The notes under the pieces were generated by a model. That model saw only the letters and a list, made by a program, of their open reading frames with translations. It searched no databases and was not told where the DNA came from. From positions 6,976,001 through 7,040,000 of the forward strand of contig CBDBDQ010000005.1 in NCBI GenBank assembly GCA_965203905.1: a stretch of DNA of 64,000 nt, in the 5' to 3' direction. This document shows positions 20,149 to 29,953 of the stretch, piece by piece (the stretch's first letter is position 1; every line of letters starts with the position of its first letter). The position numbers and the translations under genes are program-made. The stretch comes from Spirochaetia bacterium (GTDB lineage: Bacteria > Spirochaetota > Spirochaetia > SZUA-6 > Bin103).

Positions 20149-21048
20149 GTGACAAGAATCGGAGCCGCGCGAGAACTGGCATCGCTCCTGGCTTGGCTCG
20201 CGCCGGCGATCGCGTTCCTCGCGGTGTTCATGGTCCTTCCCCTGTTCGACGTTGTGCGGCTCAGCTTCACCACCGCATCGATCATCGAACCGGAGTATTC
20301 GTATACCCTGTCGTCCTATGCCAAGGTGTTTGGGGACAAGGATTTCCTGTGGTCGCTCTCCATTACCTTCATTTTCGTTGCTGCCAACTGCGTCCTGCAG
20401 ATTCCACTGGGTCTGCTGATCGCCCTGGCAGTTCACGCCGGCAGGGACAAGAACGTATATGGCAGCATCCTGGCCAGAACGGCCGTTCTCACCGCCTGGA
20501 TCATACCGGGCGTGCTGGTCGGAATCCTCTGGAAAACGCTGCTGTCGAGTGCCAGCAGCGGGATCATCAACCATTTCGTTCAGTCGCTGGGCCTGGAGCG
20601 CATTCCGTTTCTCCTCGATCCGCTGTATGCGGTCATCTCCATCATTGCGGCCAACGTGTGGGGAGGGGCCGCCTTCTGCATGATCCTGCAGTACGCGGGG
20701 CTGCAGCGGATTCCCGCCGAGCTGTACGAGGTCTCGCGGGTGGACGGTGCCCGCGCCTGGCAGCAGTTCTTTCACATCACGTTGCCGCAACTGAAGCCGA
20801 TCCTGTTCATCAACCTGGTGCTGATCACCATTTCCAGCTTCAATACGTTCGACATGATCGCCACGCTCACCTCCGGCGGGCCCGCCGGCACCACCGAGGT
20901 ATTGACCCTGGCGGCCTACATACAGGTGTTCACCTATTGGAACATGGGAAGAGGCGCCGCCATCGCGGTCCTGTTGCTGGTGATTACCGTGGTCATGACC
21001 ATCGTCTACTACAAGCTGTTTCAGTTGGACGAAGACATTGCGGAATAG
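20149..21048 (+). CDS. Sugar ABC transporter permease
   Basis: GTG start after GGAGAGG; AGLQRIPAELYEVSRVDGA, LTSGGP. Confidence 0.9.
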   Translation: MTRIGAARELASLLAWLAPAIAFLAVFMVLPLFDVVRLSFTTASIIEPEYSYTLSSYAKVFGDKDFLWSLSITFIFVAANCVLQIPLGLLIALAVHAGRDKNVYGSILARTAVLTAWIIPGVLVGILWKTLLSSASSGIINHFVQSLGLERIPFLLDPLYAVISIIAANVWGGAAFCMILQYAGLQRIPAELYEVSRVDGARAWQQFFHITLPQLKPILFINLVLITISSFNTFDMIATLTSGGPAGTTEVLTLAAYIQVFTYWNMGRGAAIAVLLLVITVVMTIVYYKLFQLDEDIAE

Positions 21049-21067
21049 GATGGCGGAGTAGCGGGGA

Positions 21068-21919
21068 ATGATGCATACTGGCAGGAACCTGGATGCTACC
21101 AAGGTCCTGATCTACGCGTCCTACTTGATTGTCATAGTGGTTTTCTGGGGACCGGTAACGTGGATGATATCGCTGTCTCTCAAGACCATCCCCGACATCC
21201 TCGCCTACCCGCCGAAGCTGTTTCCCAGCCGCCTCGCGATAGAGAACTACGGCACCATTTTCGTGCAGTCCACGATTCCCCGCAACATGGTCAACTCGGC
21301 CAAGATCACGGTAATCACCGTGGTCGGAACGCTGCTGGTTACGGTGCCCGCCGCCTATGGCTTTTCGCGGTTCAGATTCAAGGGCAGAACGCAGATCCTC
21401 ATGGCGATCCTGCTGTTTCAGATGATCTCGACGCTGATCATCATCCTGCCGCTGTACCGTTACTTCATCCGGCTGAACCTCCTCGATACGCATCACGGGC
21501 TCATCATGATCTACATCACGGTGCAGATTCCCTTTACCGTCTGGCTGTTGAAGGGCTTCTTCGATTCCATCCCCAAGAGCCTGGACGATGCGGCCCGTAT
21601 CGACGGCGCATCGCGGCTGCAAAGCGTGATTCGGGTAATCGTTCCCGTCGCCATGCCGGGGATCGCCGCCGCGGTGCTGTTCAACACCATCAACGCCTGG
21701 TCCCAATTCCTGATTCCCTTCATCCTGATCGGCAAGGGGCGCCTGCAACCGGTCTCGGTCGGGGTCGCCAAGTACGCCGAGACGGTGGGGGAAGCGATCG
21801 TCACGACCCACCTGCTGGCGGCGGCAAGCCTGATGGCGATGCTCCCCGCCATCGCGATATTCATCGCCCTGCAGCGATTCATCGTCAGAATCCTGATCTC
21901 CGGCGCCGTGAAGGGCTGA
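21068..21919 (+). CDS. Sugar ABC transporter permease
   Basis: AAYGFSRFRFKG, FFDSIPKSLDDAARIDGA, GAVKG. Confidence 0.9.
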   Translation: MMHTGRNLDATKVLIYASYLIVIVVFWGPVTWMISLSLKTIPDILAYPPKLFPSRLAIENYGTIFVQSTIPRNMVNSAKITVITVVGTLLVTVPAAYGFSRFRFKGRTQILMAILLFQMISTLIIILPLYRYFIRLNLLDTHHGLIMIYITVQIPFTVWLLKGFFDSIPKSLDDAARIDGASRLQSVIRVIVPVAMPGIAAAVLFNTINAWSQFLIPFILIGKGRLQPVSVGVAKYAETVGEAIVTTHLLAAASLMAMLPAIAIFIALQRFIVRILISGAVKG

Positions 21920-21922
21920 GAC

Positions 21923-22933
21923 CTACGGCAGGCGGAACACGATGGAGGGGTCGGCGGGCTGCATCTCCCGTGGCGGCAGCCCCTGCAGCAGCGCCTCCAG
22001 GTCGTTCACCGCGATGCGGCCCAGCTCCCACATGTCTTCCCGCACCGTGCCTGCCCGGTGGGCGGCGAGCACCGCGCCCGGCGCGTGGCGGATCGGATGG
22101 TCCGCCGGCACCGGCTCCTTGGGAAACACGTCGATGGCGGCCTTGAAGCGGCCGGCGTAGAGCATCTCGGTGAGGGCGTCGAAGTCGACCACGTGGGCAC
22201 GGCTCATCAGCGCCAGCACCGCGCCCTGCTGGACCAGCTCCAGGCGGGAGCGGTCGAGCAGTGCCCGGTTCTCGGTGGAGGGAATGGCCAGCACGAAGAT
22301 CACCCTGGCCTGTTGCAGGAGCGTCTCCAGCGCGACCGGCTGCACGCCCATGCGGGAGAGGTAGCGGTCCGCCAGCCACGGGTCGTAGCCCAGCAGCTTG
22401 CAGCGGAAGGGGGCCAGCAGCGGCATCAGGTTGCGCGCCAGGCTGCCGCAGCCGATCAGCCCCACCGTCTTGTCGTACAGGGTGAAGCTGTGCTCGTTGC
22501 CGCGGTGCTGGTACTGCTCGGTGCCGCTCTGGAACGCCACCGACCCGGACACCAGGTCGCGGGCCGCCGCCAGGGCCATGGCCAGCGCCGCCTCCGCGAC
22601 CATCGGCCCGAACGCCGGCGCCACGCTCAGCACGCGGATGTTGCGGGCGAAGCAGGCGCGGTAGTCGAGCACCTCCGGGCTGGGATGGCGGCCGCCCATC
22701 TCCAGGATCGCCTGCAGCCTGGGCATCTGCGCCACGTCGCCGTGGCGCCAGCGCCCGGTGACGATGGCGAAGGCGTCGCCCCGGGCGGCCTCGAACTCCG
22801 CCGCCGGCATCGGCTCGTTGCGCCCCCACACGACATCGGCGATCCGGTGCAGGTGCTCCAGGTCGTCCGGGTGGAACACCTCCTCGAGCCGGCGAAACGC
22901 GATGTCCAGGATTACCTTCTGCTTTTCGTTCAT
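21923..22933 (-). CDS. D-isomer-specific 2-hydroxyacid dehydrogenase family protein
   Basis: VGLIGCGSLA Rossmann motif, YDPW, SRAHVVD, AAIDVFPKEP, HRAG. Confidence 0.85.
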   Translation of the reverse strand: MNEKQKVILDIAFRRLEEVFHPDDLEHLHRIADVVWGRNEPMPAAEFEAARGDAFAIVTGRWRHGDVAQMPRLQAILEMGGRHPSPEVLDYRACFARNIRVLSVAPAFGPMVAEAALAMALAAARDLVSGSVAFQSGTEQYQHRGNEHSFTLYDKTVGLIGCGSLARNLMPLLAPFRCKLLGYDPWLADRYLSRMGVQPVALETLLQQARVIFVLAIPSTENRALLDRSRLELVQQGAVLALMSRAHVVDFDALTEMLYAGRFKAAIDVFPKEPVPADHPIRHAPGAVLAAHRAGTVREDMWELGRIAVNDLEALLQGLPPREMQPADPSIVFRLP

Positions 22934-23449
22934 GACTTCGGTGCAGTATAGGTGACGGTTTGCGCAACGGCCATCCGCCTCCCGTCCAGGGCCATCCCAT
23001 GCTGAACGACGTCTGCATCCTGTGTGTGCCTGCCAGCTCGCCGCCGCCTTCGAGGTGCGTGGTTCGTTCGCGGTACTATATGTCCAGAAATGAACGGGTT
23101 TCCGTCACCCGCAACGGCGGTCTCGGCCGATGCGTTGCTGCCACGTTGGGTCGACCTCTCGCGGTAGCCGGCCTTGATGGCGTCACCTGGTGGTGGAGTC
23201 GGCCACGGTGCGGCGCCGCGCTGCAGGATTCTGCGAAAAGTGCCGAAAAAAGTGCGCTGGGCACTTGACGGGTTTGGCGCCGCTCGTAGCGGCCTCCTGT
23301 CGCACGTTCCGACCCTTCCGACCCTTCGAACATCCCGCCACGCCCGCCAGGCCCGTCAGCACCCGCCAGCGCCGGCCTGCACCCTTCCAGGTGCCCGTCC
23401 CGGGACTTGCCGAAACCTGGCATTTATCAGCCATGATTATATTTACGCC

Positions 23450-25036
23450 ATGGATACTGTGGCTACCGCGACCCCTACCGGCTTCTGCTCCTCGCTCTCC
23501 GGGCTCCCCGACCAGGTGCTGCTGGCGCACACCAGGTCCCTCGTCTTGCACGAGCAGGCGCTGCAGCTCGCCGTCCTCGACCACCTGCGCGAGATCCACG
23601 CCCGCCACCTCCACCTGCGCCTCGGGTTCTCCAGCCTGTTCGACTACGCCGTGCGCGAGCTGGGCTATAGCGAGGGTGCCGCGTGGCGCCGTATCAAAGC
23701 CATGCGCCTGTGCTCCGATACCGCCGGGTCACGCGAGCGGCTGCAGGACGGCTCGCTCACCCTGAGTGCGGCGGCGCAGTTGCAGAACACCTTCGATCTC
23801 CTGCAGCGCACGGCGACCACCGCCGCGGACCCCGGCGCGCCACCCGCGGCACCGGAGCTGCTGCTGGGCGGCACGGGGACGGCGCCGGAGGCGGGGGCTG
23901 CGGGGACCGCGGCAGCGGCGGCCGCGCGAGCGGTGCCGGCGCTGGACGCGGCGCAGCGGCAGGAACTGGTGGAGCAGGCGAGCGGCAAGAGCACCCGCGA
24001 GGTGAAGCAGTTGTTGGCCGCGGTGGCTCCCGAACTGGCCCGGCCGGCCGATCGCATGCGGGCGCTGGGCGCGGGCCGCTGGGAGCTGAAGGTGGTGATC
24101 GACTCTGCCTGTCAGTGCGGGATCGAGCAGCTACGGGCACTGCTGTCGCACGTGGACCCGCACCTGACGCTGGGGCAACTGGTGGAGCGGCTGGTGCAGG
24201 ACGGCCTGCAGCGCTACGACCCGGGGCGACCGCCGCGCGGGCGCAGAGGCGGGCGCCGCGCGGGCCAGGCGCCGGAGCCGAAGGAACAGGAAGGGCCGGC
24301 AGACGGGGTGACTTCGCTGGCGAAGCGGGTTGCGCAAGAGCAACCCGGAGTGCCGACGCCGGAGGGCACGAGCACCGGTGGCCGCACTTCGGCGCCGGCA
24401 GCGCTGGAACCCGGGCGCGGGATTAGCGACGACGGCACCTCGCTGGCGGCAGCGCTGCCCGCGACGACGGCGGGGCGCGAGACTTGCGGCGGCATCATCC
24501 CGGCAAGTGCCAAGCCAGCGGCGCCGGCGCCCGGCTCCGCTACTTCGGCGCCGAAGTCGGTGGCAGATCGCGGGTCCCACGCCGCCACACCGACGCCACG
24601 GCCGACGCCAGGACCGACGCCGCCGGCAGACCAGAGCAGGCCGACCGCGACGACGGCAGCGGCGGATCGCGGTGGCGACGCTCCTTCGCCAGCGAAGCGG
24701 TCAGGGGCGGCGCAGCTCGATGGCCGTTCGCGGCCACAGCCAGAGGCAGCCGGCCCGTCCGCGGACAGCGCGCAGCCGTCCCACCGGGCGCCCCGATCCC
24801 GGTACATTCCGGCACCGGTGCGGCGCGAGGTGTGGCGCCGCGACGGCGGCCGCTGCAGTTACGTCGATCCGCACAGTGGGCGGCGCTGCGGGTCCCGCTT
24901 CCTGCTGGAGCTCGACCACATCGTGCCCTACGCGCTCGGCGGCGGTGCGGAGCCCGGCAACTTGCGCCTTCGCTGTCGAGCCCACCACCGCTTCCGCCAT
25001 CGGGAGGACGGATCGCCGGCAGACGAGGTCACGTGA
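23450..25036 (+). CDS. HNH endonuclease with N-terminal helical (DUF222/13E12-like) region and long Pro/Ala linker
   Basis: LGFSSLFDYAVRELGYSEGAAWRRI; C-terminal SRYIPAPVRREVWRRDGGRC...C...LELDHIVPYALGG...NLRLRCRAHH. Confidence 0.8.
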   Translation: MDTVATATPTGFCSSLSGLPDQVLLAHTRSLVLHEQALQLAVLDHLREIHARHLHLRLGFSSLFDYAVRELGYSEGAAWRRIKAMRLCSDTAGSRERLQDGSLTLSAAAQLQNTFDLLQRTATTAADPGAPPAAPELLLGGTGTAPEAGAAGTAAAAAARAVPALDAAQRQELVEQASGKSTREVKQLLAAVAPELARPADRMRALGAGRWELKVVIDSACQCGIEQLRALLSHVDPHLTLGQLVERLVQDGLQRYDPGRPPRGRRGGRRAGQAPEPKEQEGPADGVTSLAKRVAQEQPGVPTPEGTSTGGRTSAPAALEPGRGISDDGTSLAAALPATTAGRETCGGIIPASAKPAAPAPGSATSAPKSVADRGSHAATPTPRPTPGPTPPADQSRPTATTAAADRGGDAPSPAKRSGAAQLDGRSRPQPEAAGPSADSAQPSHRAPRSRYIPAPVRREVWRRDGGRCSYVDPHSGRRCGSRFLLELDHIVPYALGGGAEPGNLRLRCRAHHRFRHREDGSPADEVT

Positions 25037-25170
25037 TCGGCGCTCGCCGGCGTGCGAGTTGGGCGGTCGTGGGTCGGTCCGAGGGCAGCGGGAACAACGC
25101 TTTGCAGCCGGCTTGTCGTGCAGCGTGGGGCAGTCCTGGCCTCCCGCCCCGCCCGTCCCCGTGAGCTGTC

Positions 25171-25198
25171 TTGACTTCGCGCCGGCGCCGGCCAGAAT
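25171..25198 (+). promoter_or_regulatory. Putative sigma70 promoter
   Basis: TTGACT-16 nt-CAGAAT just upstream of the phosphatase gene. Confidence 0.35.
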
Positions 25199-25219
25199 GA
25201 GGCGCATGGGACCAGCGCG

Positions 25220-25981
25220 ATGCGCGGCGCGGCTCATCTGAGCCAGGGCGAGTTCGACGTCCGTTGCGAGTGGGGCCTGCACGGCGTCGAGGCCCTGGCT
25301 CCGATCAGCGACGTGGTGGTCATCGTCGACGTGCTGTCGTTCACCACCTGTGTCGACATCGCCACGGCCAACGGGGCCGCCGTCTTCCCCTACCGTTTCC
25401 GCGACGGCGGCGCTGGCGAATACGCTCGCGCCCGGAAGGCGCTGCTCGCCGGCCCTCGCAGCGCGGCCGCTGGCACCTACTCCCTGTCACCCACCGGCCT
25501 GCTCGACATCGCGGCCGGCGTCCGCCTGGTGCTGCCCTCCCCCAACGGCTCCACCCTCTCCCTCGCCACCGGCACAACCCCCACGCTGGCGGGCTGCCTG
25601 CGCAACAGCCGCATGGTGGCAGCCTGTGCCGCCCGCATCGGGCGCAGGATCGCGGTCGTCCCCTGTGGGGAGCGCTGGCCGGACGACAGCCTGAGACCCG
25701 CGCTCGAGGACCTGCTCGGCGCTGGCGCGATCATCATCCACCTCGCCGGCAGCAAGTCGCCGGAGGCGCACGCCGCGCAGGTGCTGTTCGAGTCCTGCCG
25801 TACCGATCTCGCACACATCGTCGCGCAGTGCGCATCGGGCCAGGAGTTGATCCGCCGCGGTTATCGATCAGACCTGGAACACGCGAGCCGGCTGGACTGC
25901 AGCACCTCCGCGCCGCTACTGCGTGGGGAATGCTTCGTCGACGCGAATATCACCGTGACGAACCCTCGGCTGGGTGCGTGA
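25220..25981 (+). CDS. 2-phosphosulfolactate phosphatase (ComB) family protein
   Basis: VVIVDVLSFTT, SLSP, LPSPNGS, GCLRN, GERW, RPALEDLLGAGA. Confidence 0.85.
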   Translation: MRGAAHLSQGEFDVRCEWGLHGVEALAPISDVVVIVDVLSFTTCVDIATANGAAVFPYRFRDGGAGEYARARKALLAGPRSAAAGTYSLSPTGLLDIAAGVRLVLPSPNGSTLSLATGTTPTLAGCLRNSRMVAACAARIGRRIAVVPCGERWPDDSLRPALEDLLGAGAIIIHLAGSKSPEAHAAQVLFESCRTDLAHIVAQCASGQELIRRGYRSDLEHASRLDCSTSAPLLRGECFVDANITVTNPRLGA

Positions 25982-25987
25982 ACTCAG

Positions 25988-26090
25988 GTACCGCGCCGGA
26001 ACTCGTCAAGCTGCGACTCCGACGTGATCAGCGTGAACCGCCGCTTGCGCCACAGTTGGTAGAGTCAGTCCGGAGCGTGTCGCGAGGCGT
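25988..26090 (-). pseudogene. Remnant of a PIN toxin gene
   Basis: Minus strand reads LYQLWRKRRFTLITSESQLDEFRR, versus LYQLWRKQRFTLITSEPQLSEFRR in 51525..51935. Confidence 0.75.
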
Positions 26091-26143
26091 GCCCCTGATC
26101 GGCGCCTGTTTGCAGCCGTAGCCACTCTCGCTACAGTGGTGTC

Positions 26144-26590
26144 GTGGGGAACGAACGCCAACGGCGCCTTGGAGAACTGTGCGCGCGGCATGGGGTAATG
26201 GCGCTCTATGCCTACGGCGGCCGAGCAGCGCAGGCCCTGCACTGGCTGCATCGAGGCGGTGCCTTCGCGGCGGGCCCGAACGACCTCGACCTGGCCGTCT
26301 CCGGTGGCATCGACCGAAACTATTCACTTGCGGAGAAGGTCCTCCTGGCATCCGCACTCTCCGATCTGTTCGAGTTCGAGGCTGTCGACCTGGCAGACAT
26401 GAACGAAGTCGACCCGTTCGTCGCCGCCAACATCGTGCGCGGTGAACGGCTCTACTGCTCCGACCGGATGTACGCAGACGAACTCGATCTGTATGTACTA
26501 CGGCGTGCAGGGGATCTCGCTCCCTACGAGCGCGAGCGTCTGACCCGCATCGAATCGACGATCATGGCCGGAGGCGACAACGAGTCCTGA
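26144..26590 (+). CDS. Minimal nucleotidyltransferase (MntA-type antitoxin, type VII TA)
   Basis: LYAYGGR...DLDLAV, VDLAD, IVRGERLY; the usual GS appears as GG. Confidence 0.75.
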   Translation: MGNERQRRLGELCARHGVMALYAYGGRAAQALHWLHRGGAFAAGPNDLDLAVSGGIDRNYSLAEKVLLASALSDLFEFEAVDLADMNEVDPFVAANIVRGERLYCSDRMYADELDLYVLRRAGDLAPYERERLTRIESTIMAGGDNES

Positions 26591-27038
26591 GAGAGTAACG
26601 CGCAGACTGGTCTTGGACCGCCTTGGACGTGTGGAGGCATCACTTGCGGAGATCCGCAAGTTGCCGCTGGATAGTATCGAGTCCTTCCAATCGGACTCGC
26701 GCAACGTGTGGACCGCCGAGTCGTGTCTTCGCCGCTCGCTTGAGGCCTTGCTCGACGTAGGTCGACACCTGATAGCGAAGCTGGCCGCAACCGGCGTCAC
26801 CGAGTACCAGGCGGTAGGGCGAAGCCTTGGCGAGCACGGCGTATTGGACGCACCAACGGTGGATCTTCTGGTGAAGCTCGCCGGCTACCGGAACCGCATG
26901 GTCCACTTCTACCACGAGATCACAGCCGCGGAGCTGTTCGGCATATGCGCCAGTGAACTGCAAGACCTGGAGCGGATCCGCGTGGCATACGTGCAGTGGA
27001 TGGCCCAGCATCCCGAACTGGTCGACGACGACCTCTGA
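26580..27038 (+). CDS. HEPN/DUF86 ribonuclease toxin (HepT-like); SD-aligned start codon is ACG
   Basis: Rx4H motif GYRNRMVHFY; in-frame ACG at 26580, 5 nt after GGAGG; first standard alternative start is TTG at 26613. Confidence 0.8.
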   Translation, partial: TSPERVTRRLVLDRLGRVEASLAEIRKLPLDSIESFQSDSRNVWTAESCLRRSLEALLDVGRHLIAKLAATGVTEYQAVGRSLGEHGVLDAPTVDLLVKLAGYRNRMVHFYHEITAAELFGICASELQDLERIRVAYVQWMAQHPELVDDDL

Positions 27039-27053
27039 GCCCCATGGCGAGAC

Positions 27054-28043
27054 GTGATGCAGTCGCGGATTGAGTGGGAGAAGATCCCGAGTCCGGTGAT
27101 TGTGCGGGGGACACCGGAGGTGGCGCATCGCGATCCGGCGATTCACTACCACGACGGGGTGTTTCGCGTGTTCTACGGGCTGGCGCGGCTGATGGATCCG
27201 CCGGAGTTGGGGCGGGTGATGTTTCAGCTCGCGGTGATCAAGAGCACCGATCTGATCCACTGGAGCGAGCCGCGTACCCTTACGCCGCTGGACGACGACC
27301 TCAACCTCACCGATCCGGGCAACATCGTGCGCTACCGCGACCAGTGGATCATGACCGTGGAGAACTACCGCACCCCGTTCAGCCCCTCCGGCGGTCAGGA
27401 GACGACGCGCTGCTGGCTGCTGCGCAGCGACGACCTGGAGCGCTGGAGCGAGCCGGAGCTGATGCTGCTCAAGGGTCCGGAGGTGACGGAGGCGGAGATG
27501 GGCCGCTGCATCTGCCCCTGCCTGTTCCCCGACCGCCACGACCCCGACAAGTGGTGGTGCACCTTCAAGCAGGGCGGCTTCACCGTGGCGCCGGCGCGCG
27601 GGCTGGCGTTCGGCGGCACCGACATGCCGCGCCGCTCGCTGCTGCTGCAGAGCATGAACCTGTCCTGGAGCTACGACCTGGAACACTGGACCTGGTTCAC
27701 CCGCGCCGACAGCGAGGAGAGCTACTGCATGCTGGTAGAGGAGGACGGCTACGTGCTGATCGACTCGCCCGACAACGGCGTGGGGGTGAAGCTGTCGCCG
27801 GACCTGCTGCACTGGCACCAGGTCGGCCTCTACACCCTGGGACAGCGGCGCTGGCCGTGGGCGCAGGGACGGCTCAGCGGCGGGCAGGTGATCGACCTGC
27901 GCCAGGTGCCCGGGGTGGGCAAGTACGTGATGGTGTTCCACGGCTGCACCCCGGAGGGGAAGATCGCCAGCAACGTCCACGGCGCGGCCAGCCTGGGTCT
28001 GGCGTGGAGCGACGACCTGGCCAACTGGTACTGGCCGGAATGA
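27054..28043 (+). CDS. Five-bladed beta-propeller hydrolase-like protein (GH32/GH43 clan)
   Basis: AHRDPAI, KSTDLIHWS, SDDLERWS, LAWSDDL. Confidence 0.65.
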   Translation: MMQSRIEWEKIPSPVIVRGTPEVAHRDPAIHYHDGVFRVFYGLARLMDPPELGRVMFQLAVIKSTDLIHWSEPRTLTPLDDDLNLTDPGNIVRYRDQWIMTVENYRTPFSPSGGQETTRCWLLRSDDLERWSEPELMLLKGPEVTEAEMGRCICPCLFPDRHDPDKWWCTFKQGGFTVAPARGLAFGGTDMPRRSLLLQSMNLSWSYDLEHWTWFTRADSEESYCMLVEEDGYVLIDSPDNGVGVKLSPDLLHWHQVGLYTLGQRRWPWAQGRLSGGQVIDLRQVPGVGKYVMVFHGCTPEGKIASNVHGAASLGLAWSDDLANWYWPE

Positions 28044-29074
28044 GCCCGCCGCGCATCGACCTGCAGGCGATTCCCGGCCCCGTCATCCTGGCCGGGGACG
28101 AGCACACCGCCTACCGCGATCCGCTGCTCCACTACCACGAGGGCATCTTCCGGCTGTTCTGCTCCGTGGTGCGGGCGCGGCCGGACGGCAACGACCGCTT
28201 CCACGTCGGCGTGACCGAGAGCCGCGACCTGCGCTCGTGGGGACCGCTGCGCCCGGTCACCGATCCCGACGACCCGCGCAGTTTCTGCGGGCCGGGCGGC
28301 ATCGTCCGCCATGACGGCCGCTGGGTGCTGTGCCTGAGCAGCTATCCGCGGCCCGACGTACACGAAGCGCGCTGCTGGACCATGGCCAGCGCCGACCTGA
28401 AACACTGGCAGGAGCCCCGCGCGCTACAGCTCAAGGGGCCGGCGGTTCCGCTACCGGATACCGGGCGCGCCCTCGATCCCTACCTGTTCCGCGACAAGGA
28501 CGACCCGGAGCGCTGGTGGTGCTGCTACAAGCACGGCGGCGTGCTGCTCGGCCGCGCCCACGGCCTGGGCTTCGGCGGCACTCCCATTCCGCCCGACTCG
28601 CTGCTGCTGCAGAGCATGCAACTCTCCTACAGCCGCGACCTGGAGCACTGGACCCCCTACGCCCAGAGCGACGCCGAGGAGAACTACTGCGTGCTGGTCG
28701 ACCAGGCCGAGGACGAATACGTGCTGGTCCACTCCCCGGCCAACGGCATCGGCATCAAGCGCTCCACCGACTTGGTGAACTGGTACGACGAGTGCCTCTA
28801 CACGCTGGGCCAGCGACAGTGGCCGTGGGCGCAGGGTCGGATCACTGCCGGCCACCTCCTCGACCTGCGCCGCCACCCGGCAGTCGGCAAGTACCTGCTG
28901 ACCTTCCACGGCGCCACTCCCCGCGGCCGGCGCGAGCGCGCCCACCACGGCGCGGCCAGCATCGGCATCGCCTGGAGCGACGACCTGATGCGCTGGAACT
29001 GGCCGGAAACCCGCGGCCACGCACCGCACGCTGCCATCACGGGGCACACCCGGGCCGGCGGGAGCGGCGGGTGA
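28040..29074 (+). CDS. Tandem paralog of 27054..28043 (beta-propeller hydrolase-like)
   Basis: ATGA overlap; AYRDP, ALDPYLF; shares GL(A/G)FGGT, SLLLQSM and YTLGQRxWPWAQGR with the upstream gene. Confidence 0.65.
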   Translation: MSPPRIDLQAIPGPVILAGDEHTAYRDPLLHYHEGIFRLFCSVVRARPDGNDRFHVGVTESRDLRSWGPLRPVTDPDDPRSFCGPGGIVRHDGRWVLCLSSYPRPDVHEARCWTMASADLKHWQEPRALQLKGPAVPLPDTGRALDPYLFRDKDDPERWWCCYKHGGVLLGRAHGLGFGGTPIPPDSLLLQSMQLSYSRDLEHWTPYAQSDAEENYCVLVDQAEDEYVLVHSPANGIGIKRSTDLVNWYDECLYTLGQRQWPWAQGRITAGHLLDLRRHPAVGKYLLTFHGATPRGRRERAHHGAASIGIAWSDDLMRWNWPETRGHAPHAAITGHTRAGGSGG

Positions 29075-29853
29075 CGTACGCGATCCTGTCCGACATTCAC
29101 GGCAACCTGGAAGCGTTGCAACAGGTGGAAGCCGCACTGCACGAGCTGCCGGGCGGTATCGACGGGTGTCTGAACCTGGGAGACCTGGTCGGCTACAACG
29201 CCGACCCTGCGGCGTGTCTGGCACGCGGCTTGCATCTCGCCACGTGCTGCATCCGTGGCAACCACGACAAAATAGTGGCAGGCATCGCCAGCGACCGGGA
29301 TCTCAACCCCGCAGCGCAGGCCGCGGCGCGCCGGCACCGACAGATGTTGTCGGCGGCCGATCGGGAGCGGCTGCGCGCCCTGCGGAAGGGGCCGGTGCAG
29401 GCGGCACCGGGGATCGTGCTGTGCCATGGATCACCGGATTTCGAGGACTTGTACCTGGCGGACGATTACGATGCGCGCGTGTCGTTCGAGGTGCTGCGTA
29501 CGCAGTTCCCGGACGCCCGGGTGTGCTTCTACGGCCACACCCACTTCCCGGTGGTGCTGCAGCAGCAACGGCCGGTGCGGCCGGAGCGTGCGATGAAGAC
29601 GCCGGTACGCAGCCTCGTGCTGAAGTCGGGCGCTTCGCTGGTGTTCGAAGAGGGGTGCAGGTATCTGGTCAACCCGGGGTCGGTCGGCCAGCCGCGCGAC
29701 GGCAACCCGGAGGCCGCGTTCGGCCTGTTCGACGCCGACGAGAACCGCTATACCCAGTACCGGGTGGCGTATCCGGTAGCGGAGGCGCAGCGCAAGGTCC
29801 GCGCGCTCGGCCTGCCGGAAGCGCTTGCCGAACGCCTGGCCACCGGCCGTTGA
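29071..29853 (+). CDS. Metallophosphoesterase (calcineurin-like)
   Basis: SDIHGN, LGDLVGY, RGNHD, CHGSP, GHTH, NPGSVGQPRDG. Confidence 0.9.
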   Translation: MTYAILSDIHGNLEALQQVEAALHELPGGIDGCLNLGDLVGYNADPAACLARGLHLATCCIRGNHDKIVAGIASDRDLNPAAQAAARRHRQMLSAADRERLRALRKGPVQAAPGIVLCHGSPDFEDLYLADDYDARVSFEVLRTQFPDARVCFYGHTHFPVVLQQQRPVRPERAMKTPVRSLVLKSGASLVFEEGCRYLVNPGSVGQPRDGNPEAAFGLFDADENRYTQYRVAYPVAEAQRKVRALGLPEALAERLATGR

Positions 29854-29869
29854 GCACTTCGGCGTGGCG

Positions 29870-29953
29870 CCCTGCTGACCATCATGTATCCGTGCTCCAG
29901 CACGTGCGCTTCGATCACCGTTTCAAACGCGCTTCTCCGGTTCGTTCCGTCAC
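29870..29953 (-). pseudogene. hsdR: 5' remnant of type I restriction subunit (about 28 codons, frameshifted)
   Basis: GTGA overlap with the HNH stop; reads MTERTGE/AFETVIEAHVLEHGY, which I recognise as resembling HsdR N-termini (E.AFE..IE..L...GY). Confidence 0.6.
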
